In this document: in pieces, positions 57,001 through 64,000 of the stretch | How the letters are laid out: the number at the start of each line of letters is the position of its first letter | Position numbering within the stretch: position 1 is the stretch's first letter | DNA from: Octopus vulgaris | Lineage: Eukaryota | Assembly (NCBI GenBank): GCA_951406725.2 | Contig: OX597833.1 | Span: 42,408,001 to 42,472,000 of the forward strand | Direction: 5' to 3' | Length of the DNA stretch: 64,000 nucleotides | The notes under the pieces: generated by a model | What the model saw: the letters and a program-made list of their open reading frames with translations, nothing else | What the model was told of the DNA's origin: nothing | Database searches by the model: none | Program-made: the position numbers and the translations under genes

Positions 57001-57678
57001 TTAGAGAGTCTGACGAGCTGTCCACAAGACATTGGCTTTGTGGGTGCGAAACCTTGGGTAACTCTATGTCCAAGCTATAAAATTCTCTTGTAACAACAGG
57101 GGCGAAAATGACTGATATTCTTGATTCCTCTTGATCTGGAAAAAAAAAAAGAGAAATGCAATATACTCGCTTGAAAGCCACACACCGTAATGACTTTTAA
57201 GCTAGACCCCAAAACCAAAGAGAGCTAAATAGCATGACTATAATAGTCTATATTGACTATATAACCCAGTGGTGTTTGCTCAGAGGTTAAGGACGGATGA
57301 GAATTTATTCTGTAATGCAAGCATTCTATTGTTCTAGTGCCAAATTGAATTACAGCTGTTGGCAAATTTGTGCCAAAATTCTCATCTCTGCGTAAAATTA
57401 ACGAAGAAAATGTCATTTATCTCCCTCTTGGTCTCTGACATCATCTTACAAACGCCAACTAAAATGGCGTGAATCAGCCAAGCTTTACCCCCTAGAAGTA
57501 GCAACCCAAATGCTTTTAAATCAGATTCCAATACTAGATGTTCAAGAACCAAATGAAGGGCAGATTTTCAATCCCGGGATCATTCTAATTCCAAAAAGTT
57601 ATAAAGTCTATGTAGAGGAAAAGTAGTCTGAGATACAGGGGTCCTAGACAGACAGAATTTCACTTTTATTATAATAGA
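57001..57678 (-). mobile_element. Probable non-autonomous Helitron
   Basis: Minus 5' TCtattataataaaagtgaaattctgtctgtct; hairpin near 57022-57054; 3' limit uncertain. Confidence 0.5.
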
Positions 57679-57699
57679 TGAAAAATTATTATAATTAAT

Positions 57700-58257
57700 A
57701 AATGGAATGTTTGAACGTCTTTCTAAATTTATGGCAACATCTTATTGTAAAGTTTCCATTAAAATTCGATAAAATTAATTTAGATGTAATTATATAATAC
57801 ATTTCTTCAATTCACACGTTGAATTACCAATATTGTATGATGGTGCATAACTAATAATGGACCGCTTTAAACCATACTTAATTTTCTTATCCTTTAAATC
57901 CCAAATGCATTTACTAATATTTGTAGAGTTATTCTTTATACTATACTTAAATGAATGAGATTGATTATGAAATCTAGATTTCCAAACTGTAGCAGACGAA
58001 CCAATATAATAATACTTACGATCTGCAGTTATTACCTTACACTGATATACTATATTTCCCCTTAAACACTGATTTTCTAAAGGGCATAGAATTTTGTTTT
58101 GATAATTACACTGTGATTTATTCGCTTGCATTCGGTACTCAAAGTTAAAAGAATTTCCACTAGTTCTCCTCTGCAAATTAGGTGCTAAAGTGGGATTATT
58201 ATCATTACAATTAACATTGATGCTAGGTGACATTACAGTTAGGTTATCACCTAGCAT
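57700..58257 (-). pseudogene. GIY-YIG endonuclease fragment of a Penelope-like element
   Basis: CN....CPL..QCL..NIVYQCKV......YYIG.....KSRF.NQ..SF...ST.ISK.IWDLK. Confidence 0.9.
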
Positions 58258-58455
58258 TAATATTAATTGTACTACTATAAAAACACTAGTACAAAAACTA
58301 AAAGGAAAAACAGTCCACTAAGAACTATGGATCCAAGCTGATCAAATGTCCACCTCTAAAACCATTGCTTACCATCCCATTCAAACCCACGCACCAAAGA
58401 AAGATTTTAACTCAACAGAGACTATATAAATCCAATATTAACTTCTGTGCGTCGC

Positions 58456-58484
58456 AGTCTGATGATGGCTCAGTTGCCCGAAAC
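58456..58484 (+). ncRNA. Hammerhead core truncated by (TA)n
   Basis: CUGAUGA U GGC UCAGUU GCC C GAAAC running directly into (TA)n. Confidence 0.55.
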
Positions 58485-58516
<32 letters not shown>

Positions 58517-58571
58517 CTCCAGACACAATAACACACACATGCGCACACACACACACACATATATTTACATG

Positions 58572-58781
58572 CAAGGGGATGCTGAAAAGTTCCTGGCCTT
58601 GGGTAAATGAAAATACAGGAGGATCAGTTAATTAGGATTTTATTCAACACCTTCCTCTCAGATTCATACACTTATTGAAGCTGACCTTCAGTTTTTCTAG
58701 GCTCTGTAAAACAACTCAGAAGGTTGGCCTCCAACCAGGCCTTTCGCGATACCCTTAAAACCAGGAAATCTTCAGCCCCCT

Positions 58782-58784
<3 letters not shown>
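58572..58784 (-). mobile_element. Mariner-derived MITE, second copy
   Basis: Reverse match to 53459-53647. Confidence 0.85.
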
Positions 58785-58852
<68 letters not shown>

Positions 58853-58855
<3 letters not shown>

Positions 58856-60225
58856 AAGTTTGAAAACGCCACTATATAAGATAAATTTTAATTTTCTTAG
58901 AAATTTTACATATTTCGGTTCTTCTTGAAAAAACGAACCTTATCAAAAGTATTTTAAAAAGTTAAGTGTAATAAAAAAGTTCATAATTGTTTCTTACTGG
59001 TCTCAACAGAATCAACGTGCTGGTTTTTCGTGGGGAGTAAGCATAGTAGCTGTCTTATGTGTTCGATAAAATTATATATATATATGAGAGTTGGTTTGGG
59101 GAATTGAAAATGTATTTGTGTGTTTTTTAAAACGTGCTGTAGTTTTTTAATTTTGTAACAGATTCATTAAAATAGCAAACCGATATCGTCAATTTTGAAA
59201 AACATGCTAAAAGAGATCAAATGTTCATACAAATTTCAATATTCAATAAGTCTCAAAGTTCAAGTGTTCTTTGAATTTCACAACAGTCATATGATTAAAA
59301 TTCAGTAACATTAGGTTGTATTAAGAATTAGAAACGACGAAGTTTTGAAAAGAGTTAAGAAAAAAAGGTGGGGGAGAAAAATTTCCTTTACAATTTTTGT
59401 CGTAGTGTATGGTTTTGCTGATGAGAATTTGAATTGTTTTAAGCTAAAGTGACTTTGTATGTATAGGTTTTAAGGTGAAGATTCAAGTTCTGATTGGTTG
59501 ACAATTTAATGAGGTTACTTATATTTATCCGCCTATGGTCTAGCAATTTGGCTAGCTGACTATCTGAATATGTCACTTGTTTTTCGGATATTCAGGTCAC
59601 GTATTTTGGTTTGGCTGAAGTCTGGCGGTCTGGTTAACTTCCTGGTTGATTTTTTGTATGCGCAATTTGTTCTTGTCTGACGGTCGTCCAGCGTTCCGGT
59701 TTGTTGATTCCCTTAAGAAGTCACTGGTCTCGGTCAATTCGGTGTTTATTTTATTTTATTTTATTTTTATTAAACTGGCCAGGCATTTTCTTTCGAGAAA
59801 ATATTTTTTTAAGTTCTTGCAATCGTTTTTCCTGGGTTTCAGGATTGGACAAAATTATGCAAATTTTTCTTGCTAACATAAAAGTTATACTGATTTTCAG
59901 AGCGCCTTGGATGGCAAGAAGAGAATAGTTTTGAGTGCTGGCTTAAAATAGATGTCGTATTCAATCTTTGCATCTCTTTTTTGATTAGGATATCCAAAAA
60001 GGGTAGTTGTTTCATTCTCTTCAAGAATGGGCTATCCGATTCATATTGTTCTTTAAATTTTGATTCATAGTGGCTAAACCAATCAACATTTTGGTTTCAT
60101 CTTTGAAGAGGAACTACTCCTTCATTATCGCAACTTTGTTTCCTGAGTTGGATGGTGTTGTTAAAAAGTTTGCCTTCAGCCTGCTTAGAAATGTCTACAA
60201 CCATCTTCTCAAACACCTCCCCCGC
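58853..60225 (-). mobile_element. Degraded Penelope-like element (RT C-terminal half to 3' pseudo-LTR)
   Basis: QLPFLDILI, DIYFKP, SCHP; ends at (TA)n with a hammerhead. Confidence 0.8.
58903..58950 (-). ncRNA. Type I hammerhead with a U3-A8 compensatory core
   Basis: ACUU UUGAUAA GGUUC (13 nt) GAACC GAAA UAUG UA^ AAAU. Confidence 0.6.
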
Positions 60226-60426
60226 CACACACACACGCACACACACACACCGCCATGAAGGGATTTGGCCAAAGAAATCGACCCACGACTTATTTCTTAA
60301 GCCTACTACTTATTCTATCGGTTTCTTTTGCTGAACCGCTAGGTAACGGGGACGTAAATATACCAATACTGATTGTCAAGCGGTGATGGGGGGACAAACA
60401 AAGACACACACACACACATATATTCA

Positions 60427-60911
<485 letters not shown>

Positions 60912-61063
60912 CAGCAAAAACAATTAAGATTCAAAAGAATTCAAATGAATTCAAATGAATATGGTACTTAACTTATATGCACCAAGATTCTTTATGGTAT
61001 TAACCATAAAATTATGTGGGGTGATTATAACCAAGAAAAAAGGAACAAGAATGGATCGGTAGA

Positions 61064-61148
61064 TTAGTACAATTGTTTCATACTAAAAACATTTAATTTC
61101 AATCTGCAAATATTACAGCTAATATAATGTCAAGTATTCATCAGCTAA
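61064..61148 (-). ncRNA. Type I hammerhead (left-arm copy)
   Basis: Reverse complement of 61386-61470 with the core intact. Confidence 0.8.
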
Positions 61149-61385
61149 ATCACATATAGGTTTTCCAAATATCTTAGAGAGTGTAAATATCGTTATGAAG
61201 TTATAGGAGTGAGTTCCATGAATCTGAAGTAAGATTCCAAGCACACTATATATGTTTTCCAACAATACAAAGTTTTTAAAATGATAGTCTGCTTGGAATC
61301 TTACTTCAGATTCATGGAACTCACTCCTATAACTTCATAACGATATTTACACTCTCTAAGAATATATGGAAAACCTATATATGAT

Positions 61386-61470
61386 TTAGCTGATGAATAC
61401 TTGACATTATATTTGCTGTAATATTTGCAGCTTGAAATTAAATGTTTTTAGTATGAAACAATTGTACTAA
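61386..61470 (+). ncRNA. Type I hammerhead with a large loop 2
   Basis: UUAG CUGAUGA AUAC (50 nt) GUAU GAAA CAAUUG UA^ CUAA. Confidence 0.82.
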
Positions 61471-61503
61471 TCTACCGATCCATTCTTGTTGCTTTTTTCT
61501 TGG

Positions 61504-61574
<71 letters not shown>

Positions 61575-61577
<3 letters not shown>

Positions 61578-61714
61578 TGGTGGAGACAGCTCCACTAATC
61601 CGCTAACTACTAATTAGCGAAGCTAACTTTTTCTTTAGCAGATTAGCGTTTTCGTTAACCTGGGAAACCGTTAGCAGACCAATTAACTTCCGATAAAATT
61701 AGTTCCGCTAACTT
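61575..61714 (+). mobile_element. DNA transposon terminus with gctaa/ttagc subterminal repeats (hAT-like)
   Basis: cagtggtgg start; multiple cgctaac and ttagcg motifs. Confidence 0.55.
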
Positions 61715-62249
61715 CAAGGCTCGAAACGTAAAAGACTTCCTTACCTTCCCGAGCATCAAACTAATACACTTGCTTCTTGTTTATACACCCGTCTGCGTCT
61801 TCTGTTTTTCTGTAAATTTCGACTATATAAATTTACCGTTCCGTCATTGATGATATCAATAAATTTCATTTTTTGGTCTAAAAACGATCATCCATATTGC
61901 ATATTTCCGTTTGAAGGATTACTCGGAAACACACAGCATGCTATATAAGCTTGTCAGATCATCGTATAACTAGAATCATCGTTACGAAAAATTCCTTTTC
62001 ACATTGTTTTTCTTGTTGTAAAATGATAGTGCGTTCCGACAAATGTTTTTTCAAAGCAACGACAACAAACAAATAATACAATCATTTTTATGCATGGAAA
62101 TGATTTCTAAGCACACACAGTTCAATATGTATATACATATAAACATTTGAAGAGAAATACTTTAGCTAATGATTAAGAATCGTAATATCGAAACAGGGTA
62201 CACTGTCTCCTATCTTTTAGTCCATCATGATTTATCTGAGCGTGAAGAA

Positions 62250-63300
62250 ATTATCCAAAATTGTTTGATGTTTATAGCGCATCATCTCTTCGTAGAGCTC
62301 TGTGTAGAAACTGAGCTGAGTGTAAACTATAGTAATTCTTATCTTACGTTCACGGTTGATCCATGGAATTGAATAAAGAAGTTGTTATCTTAGGGATATA
62401 TTCTACTCTCACATTATCAGAAATTTCAGTTAAGCTCATTTGATGTCACGGTGCATTGTCTCAAAGGAGCAATGCTTTGTTGGAAATAACATATCCAACA
62501 CGACAAAGATGCTTGCAGACCACTTTTCGAAAAGCTCTTAGTCATCGATGCCTTCTCATTTGAATGTAAAATCTGAGGCAAATTAAAGTTTGTACAACTC
62601 TTGAAAGATGTTGGATTTTCAGAGTGATACACGAATAGGGGTTAAATTTCACATCTCTAGCAACATTTCCTCCCAGAAGAAGCATTGGATGATATCAAAT
62701 TCTGATTTTGACTTTTCTTCTCGAGAAATAAAAGTTCAAGCAGGCATGACCTTTCAGAAAATTGGTTTCAATATTGTATATTGTTCTAGTGTGTAGCCCC
62801 TTTGACAATAATTTTCCCCCTGCTGCCCAGGATAATTTGTCAAAGTTTCTGTGTCAGCAATGGTAGCTCTACTGGGCATTTTAATGTTGTGCAACTTCAA
62901 ATGCTTCTTAACCCTTTCGATACCAACCTGACTGAAACCGCCTCTGTTTTTGTAGTACATATGTCTTGTTTTTATGTTTTGAATTAAAATCTTCCACCAA
63001 ACCTAAGTCACAATTTATGTTCCTAGCACTGGCTTAATGATAACCAAGTTATTTTACTAAATTCTTTGTTATATTTAAAGTAATTGAAAGAAACAAAGAG
63101 CATCTCAAAATAAATACGGTAACGAAAAGGTTAAACCTTTCAAACCAGGTTTTAGTAGTCAGAACAGGCTTTTCAATAGAAGTTTCACTTTCCTTGTAGA
63201 GTAAATCATCATACAAACTTTTGGCGTTTTTTTAAATTATCGTGCCCAATACCACCGTGCACATTACTTTGAGCTCTTGTTTCTCTAGTCTAATCAGCTG
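62250..63300 (-). pseudogene. Tigger/pogo transposase pseudogene
   Basis: AKSLYDDL, WFERFKKHLKLHNIK, GYTLEQ, MP..TFISREEKS, YHSENP.SFK, DNAP. Confidence 0.85.
62912..63130. mobile_element. piggyBac-type MITE in the Tigger ORF
   Basis: TTAA TSD at 62908-62911 and 63131-63134; TIR ccctttcgatacc / ggtaacgaaaagg; removing it restores WFERFKKH. Confidence 0.85.
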
Positions 63301-63407
63301 AAATTAATAAAAAAACCCAAAAAACAAAACAAGTCATAGTACCTAACAACTATGAAAAATTTGATTTCGTTACTTCTTCAGAGCTTTCTAGATGTCGGCT
63401 ACTTACT

Positions 63408-64000
63408 ATGAAGAAAAAGAAGAAACAACAAAAGCTGTAAAACAACTGAAATTCGAACTAAAACTGGAACAGCAACGGATCATGATAAAATGATGGCAAG
63501 AAAATCCCCTTCATGGCAGATATATGGTGATGGAGAAGAAACAACAAATCATATTGTCTCTGACTGCCAGTCCTGGCTAAGAAAAAATATATTCACAGAC
63601 ACTACGAAGTTGGGACTTATATACACTGGAAGCTATGCCAAAACTATGGAATAACAACGGAAAGAGATGTTATAGGCACACGCTAGAAAAGGTCATAGAA
63701 AATGGGAAAGTAACTATATTAAGAAATTAAGACCAACAGGGCGGATATAGTTGTCAGAGATTACCAAGAAAAAAATGCTTTCTAATCGATGTATTAATAC
63801 CATCAGATGACAATCTTTTTCTAAAAGAAACGGAGAAACAGTCAAAATACAAAGATCAAGAAATAGAGGTAGCTCGAATGTGGAACCTAAAAACAGAAAC
63901 AATTCTTATTATAATAGGTGCATTAGGTATGATAAAAAAAAAGCAGGACTAACAAGTATATATAACATACAAAAAAATAACACTACCGGGCACCGGACAC
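63408..64000 (+). mobile_element. R4/Dong-type LINE family 1, older copy with internal deletions, runs off the window
   Basis: EETTKAVKQLK, PLHG, YIHWKLCQNYG, FLIDV, ETILIIIGALGMIKK, aligning to 46250-47120. Confidence 0.88.

Larger units (their letters stand above)
61026..61508. repeat. Inverted repeat with ~220 bp arms, PLE-like
   Basis: 61026-61243 vs 61290-61508 differ by only a few mismatches; element flanked by (TA)n. Confidence 0.92.

Overview
AT-rich, microsatellite-dense eukaryotic DNA. The SINE set and repeat landscape look like a coleoid cephalopod, probably Octopus (inferred, not searched). Almost all of the window is layered transposon debris: three or more tRNA-derived SINE families; R4/Dong-type LINE fragments sitting in (TAA)n; an RTE 3' end with three C2H2 zinc fingers; a CRE-like fragment; Penelope-like elements (PLEs); autonomous and non-autonomous Helitron remnants; hAT, mariner, DD37D (maT) and Tigger transposase pseudogenes; MITEs; and a ~1.1 kb-unit macrosatellite with dimeric higher-order structure. 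Most ORF-track entries are microsatellite artefacts. The best host-gene candidate is an intronless 150-aa ORF in the main CpG-rich unique island (44829-45281); two small exon-like segments are weaker candidates. The most striking unexplained signal is a set of at least six unrelated short elements embedded in (TA)n. Each carries a type I hammerhead ribozyme fold with a palindromic stem III, some with natural core variants (U4C twice; U3-A8 swap), and some within inverted-repeat structures typical of PLEs/retrozymes. All calls were made by eye; no database searches were run and coordinates of degraded elements are approximate.
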